Shown: positions 17,871-27,060 of the stretch, piece after piece | How positions within the stretch are numbered: position 1 is the stretch's first letter | Layout: every line of letters starts with the position of its first letter | DNA from: an uncultured Candidatus Saccharibacteria bacterium | GTDB lineage: Bacteria; Patescibacteriota; Minisyncoccia; Phycocordibacterales; UBA2100 | Assembly: GCA_964586255.1 (NCBI GenBank) | Contig: CAZPGE010000001.1 | Coordinates: 133,907 to 197,906, forward strand | Direction: 5' to 3' | Length of the DNA: 64,000 nucleotides | The notes under the pieces: model-generated | Databases searched by the model: none | Seen by the model: only the letters and a program-made list of their open reading frames with translations | What the model was told of the DNA's origin: nothing | Position numbers and translations under genes: made by a program

Positions 17871-18150
17871 TTACGAAAGTACCGACTTTATACGACGAGT
17901 ACCAGAGGCCACTGCTTCTTCTTTTTGGATTTTAAATGTACCACCCGTTCCTACCTCCTTTGTGTTGCTGACATGAGGGCCGCCGCAGAATTCGATAGAA
18001 TATGCTTCCTCGCTGCTTCACTGTGGACCCGAGAACGAGCTGCAATGCTTTCAATAGCAAATGATGTGCCGTGTGGAGTCGCGTAGTTTTTTCCGAGTGG
18101 TCCTCAAGGCCGCCCTTGAATTTCTGCTCCGCACCGGCCAGAGATGAATA
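17871..18150 (-). pseudogene. Decayed partial duplicate of the alaS 3' end (AlaRS C-terminal domain remnant)
   Basis: Nucleotide blocks about 75-80% identical to alaS at 18756..18860 and 19222..19270. Minus strand still encodes ...[46 protein letters not shown] (compare the alaS C-terminus ...[45 protein letters not shown]). It is interrupted upstream by an in-frame stop and an internal deletion. Confidence 0.6.
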
Positions 18151-18211
18151 CCAAACATTCGGATGATTATAGTAGGGTTAATCGGCAACTATAGTTCGTA
18201 TGTATATAACG

Positions 18212-18239
18212 CGTGCCCGACGAAATTTCGTCGGGCACG
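18212..18239. terminator. Perfect 28-nt palindrome CGTGCCCGACGAAATTTCGTCGGGCACG; hairpin/terminator downstream of the 18250..18720 gene
   Basis: Perfect inverted repeat seen directly in the sequence. Confidence 0.45.
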
Positions 18240-18249
18240 ATAGCGTTCG

Positions 18250-18720
18250 CTAAGCCAAAGACCTTGATTGCTGTCTTGGCTCCCGATTGACGACGATGAT
18301 AGTTCTCACTAGCAGCAGTCCGACGACGACGGACGCAACTGTACATGCTGTCAGAAACAACCAGCGCGGCGTAATCTCGGAAGTGCTGAGGACTCCCGTG
18401 ATGAAAACAAGAATCGGTGGCGCCGCAAAAAGTCGGTTCGGTTGGCCATGCCAAGCCTCGTTGACGCAAGCAACGGTAACGCCGCCCGCGACTAGCGCGA
18501 TCACGGAGAACACCATCAGTGCGAGACCGTTGAACACTCCGGCGAGTGCCTTGATACCTTCCGGATGAGATGCAGTCCGGGCAGCAAACGCCGCTTCCGA
18601 CTCTCCGAAATTCGCACCGGCCCACATGGCGGCAAGAACGGCTATTGAGGCGACCGCTGCGCCCAAGATTCTCAACATGGCTAATCTCCCGCTGTTATGC
18701 AGACACCTCGTGTCTGCCAA
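18250..18720 (-). CDS. Hypothetical small membrane protein (about 4 TM)
   Basis: 156-aa ORF with repeated hydrophobic helices (ILGAAVASIAVLAAMWAG..., LALMVFSVIALVAGGV..., ILVFITGVL..., VASVVVGLLLV). Confidence 0.4.
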   Translation of the reverse strand: MADTRCLHNSGRLAMLRILGAAVASIAVLAAMWAGANFGESEAAFAARTASHPEGIKALAGVFNGLALMVFSVIALVAGGVTVACVNEAWHGQPNRLFAAPPILVFITGVLSTSEITPRWLFLTACTVASVVVGLLLVRTIIVVNREPRQQSRSLA

Positions 18721-18745
18721 CTTTCAGACTAGCATCAGTTACTAG

Positions 18746-20665
18746 TCAGACCAAGATTGCTTTGATTCGTCGAATTCCTGAGGCGACCGCTTCTTCCTTT
18801 TGGATTTTGAAGGCTCCGTCCGTGCCAATTTCCTTTGTGTTGTTTACATGTGGGCCGCCACAAAATTCGATCGAGTATGCCTCCGCAAATTGCGGATTTT
18901 CTTGCGATGCCGTGATTGGCCCCACTGAGTACACGGATACCATGTCTGGATACTTGGCTCCGAATTCATGTTCGGCGCCGAGCATTTCGGCGTCTTCCCT
19001 TGGAAGAGTCGAGCGAACTACGGGCAATGCATCTTGAATGCGCTCATTCACGATGCGTTCTACGTCTGCAATCTGCTCTTTGGTCATCTTTTCTCCGTGC
19101 GAGAAGTCGATGCGAAGTCTTTCCGATGTAATGTTCGAGCCGCGCTGCTTCACATGGGGACCGAGCACTATCTGCAACGCTTTGAGAAGCAGGTGATGGG
19201 CCGTGTGAAGTCGTGTCGTCTTTTCAGAATGGTCTGCAAGACCTCCTTTGAATTTTTGCTCAGCACCAGCACGAGAAAGCTCTTGATGTGTTTTCATTCG
19301 CTCATAAAATCCCCTACTGTCCACTGAAATACCTCGCTCTACGGCGAGCTCTTGTGTCATTTCAAACGGAAATCCATAGGTGGTGAAGAGCATGTACGCG
19401 CCATCGGCCGTTATTGGGCTGTCGCTGAGTTTCTCAAATTCACGTAGCCCGCTTTCAAGTGTTCGCGCAAACTGCACTTCCTCTTTCCAGATTTCCGATG
19501 TGATGTCTTGATACACTGCTTCTCCGTCGAGCTCCGCGTAAGCTTGTTTGTACTTTTCCATCAATATCACCGAAGTGCGCACAAGCATGCTGTCCTCCGT
19601 TTTTTCAGCGGCAATGCCAATCTTTTGTACATGCTGCGATGCCCTCCTCAGAAGGCGGCGCAATACGTATCCGCGGTCGGTATTCGATGGCCTCACGCCG
19701 TCGGCAAGCATAAAGACCGCGGCGCGCATGTGATCAGCAACGATTCGGAATGAGCGCCTGTAGCGGCTGTCTGCATATTCTTTACCTGAAAATTTCTCTA
19801 GCAGCTCTATGACATCCCAAAAGACATCGGTCTTAAAGACATCTGAATCCCCTCTTTGCGCCGCCGCAATCCGCTCAAGCCCGCCACCGAAGTCTACATT
19901 TTGCTTGGGGAGCAGCGCGAACGAGCCATCGGCCTGCTTGATGTACTGCATGAACACGGAATTCCCTATTTCCATAAATCGCCCGCAATCACAATTCGGA
20001 TGACATTCTGGGCCAAACTTGGCATCGTGAGGTGTGCCGAAGTCGTAAAATACCTCGCTGTCGGGTCCGCCGGGCTCGCCAGTGGGCATATTCTCTGGCA
20101 CGCCGGCGCGACTCCACCAATTCTTTTTTGCGTTGTAGTAGAAGATTCGTCCGCCCCGCATACCAAGTCGGTACCCATCGGCCTCACTTCCTACGTCACG
20201 TATTTCCGCATCTATACCGCGCTCACTGAAGAGACGCTGCCATATCTCCGCCGACTCCGTGTCGCGCGGCACATTGTTGGCTTCATCCCCGATAAACGCG
20301 GTGACATAGAGTCGACTCGCATCGATACCAATGTCCTTGGTAAGAAATTCAAACACAAATGGCAATTGCTCATTCTTAAAGTAGTCACCGAGCGACCAAT
20401 TGCCGAGCATTTCAAAGAATGTCGTGTGACGGTTATCGCCCACCTCATCGATATCCTCGGCGCGGAAGCACTTTTGACTATTCACGAGTCGTACGCCTTT
20501 GGGATGCGGCTCACCGAGAAGATACGGGACCAGGGGCTGCATGCCGGATCCTGTAAAAAGCGTGGTCGGATCATTTTGCGGCACGAGCGACGCAGATGGA
20601 ATCACCGTGTGCCCGCGCGCTTTATAAAACTGCAGGTATCGCTCGCGAATATCGTTGACGGTCAT
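18746..20665 (-). CDS. alaS: Alanine--tRNA ligase, short form (catalytic, tRNA-binding and editing domains; no C-Ala domain)
   Basis: From the Met at 20665 (MTVNDIRERYLQFYKARGHTVIPSASLVP...). Class II motifs; editing-domain HxxxH/CxxxH region near the C-terminus. Confidence 0.92.
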   Translation of the reverse strand: MTVNDIRERYLQFYKARGHTVIPSASLVPQNDPTTLFTGSGMQPLVPYLLGEPHPKGVRLVNSQKCFRAEDIDEVGDNRHTTFFEMLGNWSLGDYFKNEQLPFVFEFLTKDIGIDASRLYVTAFIGDEANNVPRDTESAEIWQRLFSERGIDAEIRDVGSEADGYRLGMRGGRIFYYNAKKNWWSRAGVPENMPTGEPGGPDSEVFYDFGTPHDAKFGPECHPNCDCGRFMEIGNSVFMQYIKQADGSFALLPKQNVDFGGGLERIAAAQRGDSDVFKTDVFWDVIELLEKFSGKEYADSRYRRSFRIVADHMRAAVFMLADGVRPSNTDRGYVLRRLLRRASQHVQKIGIAAEKTEDSMLVRTSVILMEKYKQAYAELDGEAVYQDITSEIWKEEVQFARTLESGLREFEKLSDSPITADGAYMLFTTYGFPFEMTQELAVERGISVDSRGFYERMKTHQELSRAGAEQKFKGGLADHSEKTTRLHTAHHLLLKALQIVLGPHVKQRGSNITSERLRIDFSHGEKMTKEQIADVERIVNERIQDALPVVRSTLPREDAEMLGAEHEFGAKYPDMVSVYSVGPITASQENPQFAEAYSIEFCGGPHVNNTKEIGTDGAFKIQKEEAVASGIRRIKAILV

Positions 20666-20731
20666 TCGAATCAAAGTAGCGCGACGAAGGCTTTTGCGCA
20701 ACGAGGCGCTGGAGGATACTATGCGCTAGTC

Positions 20732-22003
20732 ATGAAAAGCCGTATACACACTCTCAAGAACGGACTCCGCATCGTGCTCACCAAGGTGCCCGGCAACAAG
20801 ACGGCGACCGTTGTCGTCATGACTGGTACGGGCTCTCGCTATGAGAGCGCAAGCGAGAACGGACTGGCACACTTCCTTGAACACATGTTTTTTAAGGGGA
20901 CGAGAAAGCGTCCGTCTGCAAAGGCTATTAGCGAAGAGCTCGATGGCGTCGGCGCTGTTTACAATGCATATACGGCAAAGGACCGCACTGCCTATTATGC
21001 AAAAGTGGGCGCAGAGTATATCGACTCGGCGCTCGACGTCATCACGGATATATTTTTGAATTCCTCGCTTCCCTCACGCGAAATAACTAAAGAGCGAGGC
21101 GCAATCATCCAAGAAATTGATATGTACGAAGATATGCCGATGCGTACCGTCGACAATGTATTTGAGGAATTACTTTTCGGCGCAGAACACCCACTTGGCA
21201 GAACCATTTTGGGTCCTAAGGCAAACATTCGTCGTTTTACACGAGAGGAATTTATTGCGTATCACAAGCGCAACTACACACCGCTCAATACAATAGTCTC
21301 CATCGCGGGCGATTTTGATGAAAAGAAAGCGCTTGCGAAGCTGCAGAAGATTTTCGGGATACTTGATGTAGGTAACCCGCCAGACTGCATCACATTTTCA
21401 TCGGAGCAAGATTCTGCGCGTGCTGCAATAAAAGAAAAGAAGACGGACCAGACACAGCTTATGATTGGTGTACCTGCATACCCGTATCAGCACAAAGACG
21501 AGTATGTACTTGCGGTCTTGTCGACGGCACTCGGCGGCGGTATGTCGAGCCGACTTTTCACAGAAGTTCGTGAAAAACGCGGGCTTGCATATTCCGTACA
21601 CGCGTGGATTGAGAAATACCCCGATACGGGATATCTCGCAGTGCAGGCAGGCGTGCAGCACGAGAAGCTAAACGAGACGGTCAAAACAGTTCTTGCTGAA
21701 TTCCGGAAGCTCAAGCGAGTGCGCATACCTTCTGCGGAGCTCGCGAAAGTGAAGGCATATCTGAGAGGCACCATGACACTTTCCCTCGAAACGAGCGATG
21801 AAATAGCTCAAGACGCTGCATCTTCTCTACTTACGACACGGCGGATACGCCCCCTTTCAGAGCGCCTCAACGCCATCGATGCCGTGAGCGCAGCCGATGT
21901 GCAGCGCGTTGCCGTCGACCTCTTCAAAGGACATCTCCTCAATCTCGCCGTAATAGGACCGCATGCGAACCGAAGGGAGCTGGAGGCCCTCCTCAAGATA
22001 TAG
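20732..22003 (+). CDS. M16 family zinc peptidase (pitrilysin-like, inverted HxxEH motif)
   Basis: True start MKSRIHTLKNGLRIV... at 20732, not the 715-aa ORF beginning at 19856. Contains HFLEHMFFKGT (HxxEH). Confidence 0.88.
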   Translation: MKSRIHTLKNGLRIVLTKVPGNKTATVVVMTGTGSRYESASENGLAHFLEHMFFKGTRKRPSAKAISEELDGVGAVYNAYTAKDRTAYYAKVGAEYIDSALDVITDIFLNSSLPSREITKERGAIIQEIDMYEDMPMRTVDNVFEELLFGAEHPLGRTILGPKANIRRFTREEFIAYHKRNYTPLNTIVSIAGDFDEKKALAKLQKIFGILDVGNPPDCITFSSEQDSARAAIKEKKTDQTQLMIGVPAYPYQHKDEYVLAVLSTALGGGMSSRLFTEVREKRGLAYSVHAWIEKYPDTGYLAVQAGVQHEKLNETVKTVLAEFRKLKRVRIPSAELAKVKAYLRGTMTLSLETSDEIAQDAASSLLTTRRIRPLSERLNAIDAVSAADVQRVAVDLFKGHLLNLAVIGPHANRRELEALLKI

Positions 22004-22007
22004 CCGC

Positions 22008-22262
22008 TTACAGCGCACCCTCGGTAGCAAGTATCTGTCTTTTGCGCTCGATACCGCCTCTGTTGTAGCCGCGCATCGTACCATCCGAGGCGACGACTCT
22101 ATGACACGGGATAGATTCATCAAAATTCGTGCGCATAATCGCACCGACTGCTCTCGCGGCTTTTTCGTTGCCGGCTTTCTTGGCTACTTCTTTATAGGTG
22201 AGAGTCTTGCCTTTGGGGATTGCGCGTACGATATCTCGAACTTTGTCCGCAAAAGTCTTCAT
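22008..22262 (-). CDS. Minimal O6-alkylguanine-DNA alkyltransferase (MGMT DNA-binding/active-site domain only)
   Basis: 84 aa. PCHRVV active-site motif (Cys retained, so not an Atl-type PWHRV). HTH ...VAKKAGNEKAARAVGAIMRTN... Confidence 0.8.
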   Translation of the reverse strand: MKTFADKVRDIVRAIPKGKTLTYKEVAKKAGNEKAARAVGAIMRTNFDESIPCHRVVASDGTMRGYNRGGIERKRQILATEGAL

Positions 22263-23068
22263 AGTCCGAGTGTTCCTGATTCGTGTGTCGGCGGCACTGA
22301 TTTTTTCTTAGGCGCAAAGGCGAGCATTTTCTTTCCTACCGCTTCACGGTATCGACAATAATCACATTCCGAGTCCGGCTCGGGCAGCGCATCGCTCTCA
22401 AGGCATGCCTTGATGTTAAGGAGCTCTCGGTCTACCCACGATGCATCTCCCGTGTACGGCACGAGTGTCACTTCAAACTCTAGCTTCGCATCAAACGCTT
22501 CTTTGTCTTTCGACGCATTCGCATAGACAAAGTAGCCCGTATCGCTGACGGTGAACCCATTCTGGCGCAAGAGCCATTGGTATATCTCCATCTGCCGCTT
22601 GTAGCCTATGTGCCAGTCTTGATCCAAGACAGTAATCTGATCGTCCTTACTCGTGGATTTGTAATCGACGACGATAAGCTCCCCATTCGGACGCTCCCAC
22701 ACATCGTCAACTGCACCAGAGACCGTAAAGCCTGTGGGCGCGTGCTTATGCTCGACTCCTTTGAAATTTTCGCGCCATATATCAATCGCCGAGTTTCGAT
22801 ACGGCACCGCATCGAGCTTGTACGCCTTCATGAGAGGGTGAGACGTCCCGTTGACGCGATGCACATCAAATTCCTTCTTGAGAAGGGCGTCGACTGCACT
22901 GTTGAGATTGAATGGAAACCCTGGCGGCCTCGCCGTGCCAAGTTTGTTGTCAATATAGAAACACCTCGGACATTCCAAAAATAGACTAATTTTGGACCTT
23001 GAAAGACGGAACCGGTCTCCACCATAGTTCCATCCAGGATTCCTGTCGGGTTTGTAGTACGTACTCAT
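22259..23068 (-). CDS. Cas4/RecB-family PD-(D/E)XK nuclease with a 4-Cys cluster (standalone, no CRISPR context)
   Basis: 269 aa. E...VVDYKST (D-x-K core), QMEIYQWLL (QxxxY motif), Cys at CPRC (N-terminus) and CDYC (C-terminus). Confidence 0.6.
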   Translation of the reverse strand: MSTYYKPDRNPGWNYGGDRFRLSRSKISLFLECPRCFYIDNKLGTARPPGFPFNLNSAVDALLKKEFDVHRVNGTSHPLMKAYKLDAVPYRNSAIDIWRENFKGVEHKHAPTGFTVSGAVDDVWERPNGELIVVDYKSTSKDDQITVLDQDWHIGYKRQMEIYQWLLRQNGFTVSDTGYFVYANASKDKEAFDAKLEFEVTLVPYTGDASWVDRELLNIKACLESDALPEPDSECDYCRYREAVGKKMLAFAPKKKSVPPTHESGTLGL

Positions 23069-23147
23069 CGAAACGAGTATACCTCATGAGTCACTGCCCG
23101 CGAGATGCCAGGGCAGTGCATAGAGGTAAAGATGGACGCTCGTGTGC

Positions 23148-23675
23148 TCAAATCTTTTGGATGTCCGTGTGTGAGTCCACTATGTACTCGGCAAACCAGT
23201 GTTTAAAACGATTCTCGACATACCACATACCGGTAAACAGGATGAGCACCATGATTGTGGCAAATATTGAAAGCGCATAGAGACCAAATCCCACAGCCAT
23301 ACCGATTGCCGCCATCATCCACAAACCAGCCGCGGTTGTGACACCATGGAGTGAATTCCCTTGAAATACGATGAGTCCTCCTCCCAAAAATCCTATCCCC
23401 GTAACAATAGCCGCAGCGATAAATGTGGGCTGGATATCTGCGACACCAAGAAATGCAAGGTTGACGTAGTTACCAATCAAGACGAAGAGCGCTGCACCAA
23501 GCGCCACCAGTCCAAACGTGCGAGTCCCTGCAAACTGCTTTGCGAGCAATGCTCTTTCTGTTCCAACAATGCCACCCAACAGTACTGCCAGAAGGAGCTT
23601 GCCAAACATCACAGTGGTCGGGTCTATAAACATCTCAGGTGTCGGCATGTCAAAAGTATACGCTATACCGGGCAC
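23148..23675 (-). CDS. MgtC/SapB family membrane protein (transmembrane domain only)
   Basis: 175-aa ORF; ...GVTTAAGLWMMAAIGMAVGFGLYALSIFAT... is MgtC-like. The true start may be an internal Met. Confidence 0.7.
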   Translation of the reverse strand: MPGIAYTFDMPTPEMFIDPTTVMFGKLLLAVLLGGIVGTERALLAKQFAGTRTFGLVALGAALFVLIGNYVNLAFLGVADIQPTFIAAAIVTGIGFLGGGLIVFQGNSLHGVTTAAGLWMMAAIGMAVGFGLYALSIFATIMVLILFTGMWYVENRFKHWFAEYIVDSHTDIQKI

Positions 23676-24487
23676 AACTGTCGCGCCTCATTAAGCACCT
23701 GTGGAATTCGATTGGGCGCGACGCCATGCTCACGAAGCACGTCCTCAGTGCGGAGCGACTTGCACAAAACAATCCTACTTTCGAGAAATCGACGCTTCTC
23801 ACTGTCCGTGAGCGTTGTAAGTGCTGTAAGCGGGTGGACTTTTGCCTCTTCTATCATATGCATGAGACCACGAGACCTCGGATAATCCCATGCAAGAATG
23901 GTGAGATTTGAGCATCGCGCATACCGTACTGCATTGCTCGTGAACTCCGTATTTGTCACCAGCCATCCTTCATCGACTCGCGACGACGCCGTCGGTGCCT
24001 GTTTAAGATCTTCATACCGCGCATGCACATAGAGAGCGTCTTTGATATCGGTCTTGCCACCCGGCTCATTGTGGAACTTCGCTTCAATCCCGACACGATG
24101 ACCGTCTTTCTCTGCCAGGACATCCACTTCATGCGGTGCACATCGTCCCATCAGCATGAGGTCGGTACGGACGGTCCATCCGTGTGCGCGAAGCACCTCA
24201 GCAAGGAACTGTTCAAAAGGAAATCCCGAAGGCCCCAGAGAATATACGGCACGTTTTACCGAGTATCGCGCGGCGACAGGTGCAATCTCCTCTGTGCGAA
24301 GAAAATCAAATGCCTTTCGATAGATCTCCTCGGTCGATATGAGGGGGCGCAGCTCATGGAGCACTTTTGCCACGGTCCGCGCACGTGCCGTAGATGATGC
24401 CCCTGCATGCATGAGGGACTGCTCCAGTTTCGCGGGGTCGAAACGTTCGGTCGTACCGTCGGCTTTTTTGATAAGAATATGATCCAT
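23663..24487 (-). CDS. ATP-cone domain fused to an Mrr-type restriction endonuclease catalytic domain
   Basis: 274 aa. N-terminal ILIKKADGTTERFDPAKLEQSL... matches the ATP-cone pattern (VIKRDG.xEPFDxxKI). C-terminal VDVLAEKDGHRVGIEAKFHN is the Mrr_cat (D-x-A-E-K ... E-A-K) PD-(D/E)XK motif. Confidence 0.7.
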   Translation of the reverse strand: MDHILIKKADGTTERFDPAKLEQSLMHAGASSTARARTVAKVLHELRPLISTEEIYRKAFDFLRTEEIAPVAARYSVKRAVYSLGPSGFPFEQFLAEVLRAHGWTVRTDLMLMGRCAPHEVDVLAEKDGHRVGIEAKFHNEPGGKTDIKDALYVHARYEDLKQAPTASSRVDEGWLVTNTEFTSNAVRYARCSNLTILAWDYPRSRGLMHMIEEAKVHPLTALTTLTDSEKRRFLESRIVLCKSLRTEDVLREHGVAPNRIPQVLNEARQLCPV

Positions 24488-24490
24488 AAA

Positions 24491-24949
24491 CTAGTGCTTT
24501 ACTTCCTTTGCCGGTGTAATAGCGATGCGAAGCGGCTCGTCATCAAGAGTGGAGATGAATTCGATACCGACCGACGGAGCGAATACCACTGCGCGAAACG
24601 CGCGCGGCGTATCTGCCTCAACGCAGTCGATATTCGGTTCTTCCCAGGTCGAAAATTTCAAATGAAAGATATTGTCTGCAACCTCCTCAGTGCGTACGGA
24701 AAGCTGCCTGCATGTCGAGGGCACCATGACCATTCCCGAAAGGTGGTGCTCACCTACCTTTAGAAAATCGCGAATGAGAACCATGCGCGATTGATCGAGC
24801 GCTTGCGTGTGTATCGCATTGCCTGCCATAAGAAAGATTGCATAGGCAATCGCCGATGCAACTACGAAGAACCAGACGAGGCGCCGCACAAGATCGAGCA
24901 TTCTCCGCATTGTACCCGCGCGCAAGGAAAAATGCGCGCGACTATACAC
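24491..24949 (-). CDS. Hypothetical membrane-anchored protein
   Basis: 152-aa ORF with one N-terminal TM (LVWFFVVASAIAYAIFLMAG) followed by ~100-aa soluble domain. Stop-start juxtaposed with neighbours. Confidence 0.45.
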   Translation of the reverse strand: MYSRAHFSLRAGTMRRMLDLVRRLVWFFVVASAIAYAIFLMAGNAIHTQALDQSRMVLIRDFLKVGEHHLSGMVMVPSTCRQLSVRTEEVADNIFHLKFSTWEEPNIDCVEADTPRAFRAVVFAPSVGIEFISTLDDEPLRIAITPAKEVKH

Positions 24950-24952
24950 AGC

Positions 24953-26002
24953 TTACGCGATACGTCCTCCGCCGAGACACACATCTCCGCGATAGACGAC
25001 GAGCGATTGACCTTTCGACACGGTGTGCGCAGCGTCAAAGACCGCGGCACAAGAGCCGTCGCTATTTTCGCGTATCGTCACGTTGAACACCTGCTCCCTA
25101 TACCGAGATTGAGCTTCAGCCGTAAGGGGCATGTGAAGCTCTTGCAGCCAGTGTGTATCCACAAGATGCGCATGGAGAACTTCGGTATCTTCTCGCCTGT
25201 CAGAAACGGTAATTGTATTGCTCTGTGCATCGATGCGAACTACGTAATGCGGCTTTGCTGGCTCCGGGACAGCAATACGAAACCCGTGCCGTTGCCCTAC
25301 GGTATAGAGCGCAGCACCGTCGTGCGTGCCTATCACCTCCCCGCTCGCACTCAGGACCTCGCCTTCTGAGACATCTATGTACCGGCGGAGAAAATCTCGC
25401 ATGCTCACGTCGCCGACAAAGCAAAGTCCCTGGCTGTCGTGTTTCTGTGCTACTGGGAGTCGCATGCTTCGCGCCAATGCGCGCACATCTGTCTTGAGCA
25501 AATCCCCGACGGGAAACAGGATGCATGGCAAATGCTCGCGACTCACCCTATGGAGAAAATATGACTGATCTTTCTCCGCGTCGACGCCGCGATACAGCGC
25601 ATACGAACCGCTTTCTGCTTTTTGTATACGCGCATAGTGTCCCGTCGCGACCATATCTGCGCCGTCAGCACGGGCCCAGTCGTAAAACGAGCCAAACTTG
25701 ATGCGCTCATTGCAGTCAACGTCCGGGTTCGGAGTCTCGCCCATTCGATACGATTCGATCATTCGCTCGACGACGTCGTGCTTGTATTCACCAGATAAAT
25801 CAATCTCGCGAAAAGGAATGTCGAGTGCTACAGCGACTCGCATCGCGTCGATTCGATCTTTCTCCCACGTACACTCGATGAATTCTGGCTGCCATATCTT
25901 GATAAACACCCCGACTACATCATATTCATCGCGTTTTAGAAGTGCCGCAGAGACAGCGGAATCGACGCCGCCTGAAAGACCCACATATACCTTCCTACTC
26001 AT
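24953..26002 (-). CDS. mnmA: tRNA-specific 2-thiouridylase MnmA
   Basis: 349 aa; N-terminal VYVGLSGGVDSAVSAALL PP-loop; MnmA-like length and C-terminal domain. Confidence 0.92.
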   Translation of the reverse strand: MSRKVYVGLSGGVDSAVSAALLKRDEYDVVGVFIKIWQPEFIECTWEKDRIDAMRVAVALDIPFREIDLSGEYKHDVVERMIESYRMGETPNPDVDCNERIKFGSFYDWARADGADMVATGHYARIQKAESGSYALYRGVDAEKDQSYFLHRVSREHLPCILFPVGDLLKTDVRALARSMRLPVAQKHDSQGLCFVGDVSMRDFLRRYIDVSEGEVLSASGEVIGTHDGAALYTVGQRHGFRIAVPEPAKPHYVVRIDAQSNTITVSDRREDTEVLHAHLVDTHWLQELHMPLTAEAQSRYREQVFNVTIRENSDGSCAAVFDAAHTVSKGQSLVVYRGDVCLGGGRIA

Positions 26003-26028
26003 GACGGCACAGTATCAAAAAAGTAGCG

Positions 26029-27057
26029 TTAGTAGTACCGCAGCTTGTTTGCCTGGTGGCACGAGTGTGTCTTGCAGAAATGCGTTACTCCTCTGAGGTC
26101 GGCCATAAAAAACAGGTAATCCGTCTTTGCAGGCACGGCGGCAGCAACAATAGCGTCGAGCGACGGACTGCCAATTGGGGTTGGAGGAAGTCCTTTGTTT
26201 ACATACGTATTATACGGCGAGTCACTCGCAAGATCGTCTTTCGTGAGCTCGAACGTACCCTTACCAATCGTGTAGAGAAATGTCACGTCCACCTGCAGGG
26301 CCATATCTTTCTTGAGTCGATTCCACAACACGCTCGAGATTTTACGGCGCTCCTCGGGATTTCGAGCCTCACGCTCTATGATGGAGGCAAGCGTAATGAT
26401 ATCGGAGAGCGGTTTACCTGATGCGTCGATATCGACCTGTATGGTCGCTATATGCGCGTCGAAATTCTGCCGCATAGTCTGTATCACCGTATCTTCCGTA
26501 GCATTGGGAAGGAAGAAATATGTGTCAGGGAAAAGATAGCCCTCCATAGGCTGCGCTTGCGCAAGGAAATTCTCTCTGTTGAATCTCTGTAGTCGCGTGC
26601 CAAAAATAATCGCCATATCTTTTGTGGTGGCACCTTCGGCGACTCGAATACGAATTGGTTCAAGTCCAAATGCGCCGGTGGACATAGCTCGCGCGATAGC
26701 GAAAATATCCTTCGGCTCTTTAAATAGATAATCGCCCGCACGCACATTTCTTTCGTCGCCGAAAATCATTATGAGTGCTTTAAATGCAATTGGAGAATGT
26801 ATGACGCCTTGCGCTTCAAGCTCAAGCGCAATTTCCGACACCGATGTCCCGCTTGGCACTAAGACGAGCTCGCCAATAGGAAAGTTGGCGGGCGGTTGTA
26901 TCAACGCAATGTATGCATAGATGGCGATAGCACCTCCGACGACCAGCACAATGAGTGAGCGTCGATTTGTGTGCACACGCCATTTCTCAGAAAGCCTGTT
27001 CTGGAAATCATCGAGAGCACCAAAAAATCCCCGGACTTTCGGTTCGAGTGGAGGCAT
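26029..27057 (-). CDS. mltG: Endolytic murein transglycosylase MltG (YceG-like)
   Basis: 342 aa; N-terminal TM, YceG motifs ...YLFPDTYFF..., ...LASIIEREA... Confidence 0.88.
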   Translation of the reverse strand: MPPLEPKVRGFFGALDDFQNRLSEKWRVHTNRRSLIVLVVGGAIAIYAYIALIQPPANFPIGELVLVPSGTSVSEIALELEAQGVIHSPIAFKALIMIFGDERNVRAGDYLFKEPKDIFAIARAMSTGAFGLEPIRIRVAEGATTKDMAIIFGTRLQRFNRENFLAQAQPMEGYLFPDTYFFLPNATEDTVIQTMRQNFDAHIATIQVDIDASGKPLSDIITLASIIEREARNPEERRKISSVLWNRLKKDMALQVDVTFLYTIGKGTFELTKDDLASDSPYNTYVNKGLPPTPIGSPSLDAIVAAAVPAKTDYLFFMADLRGVTHFCKTHSCHQANKLRYY

Positions 27058-27060
27058 ATA

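Noticed and set aside
19856-22003. 715-aa plus-strand ORF spanning the alaS antisense region and the M16 peptidase
   Set aside because: The first ~290 codons run antisense to the well-supported alaS gene and have no recognisable protein features. The peptidase homology (MKSRIHTLKNGLRIV..., HxxEH) begins at the Met at 20732. The long ORF is an open-frame artefact.
26161-26180. Additional CCAATTGG occurrence inside mltG
   Set aside because: Only the 8-bp core is present. The flanking TCACC/GGTGA and CTCCAGTAAAT arms are absent, so it is a chance occurrence rather than a fourth operator copy.
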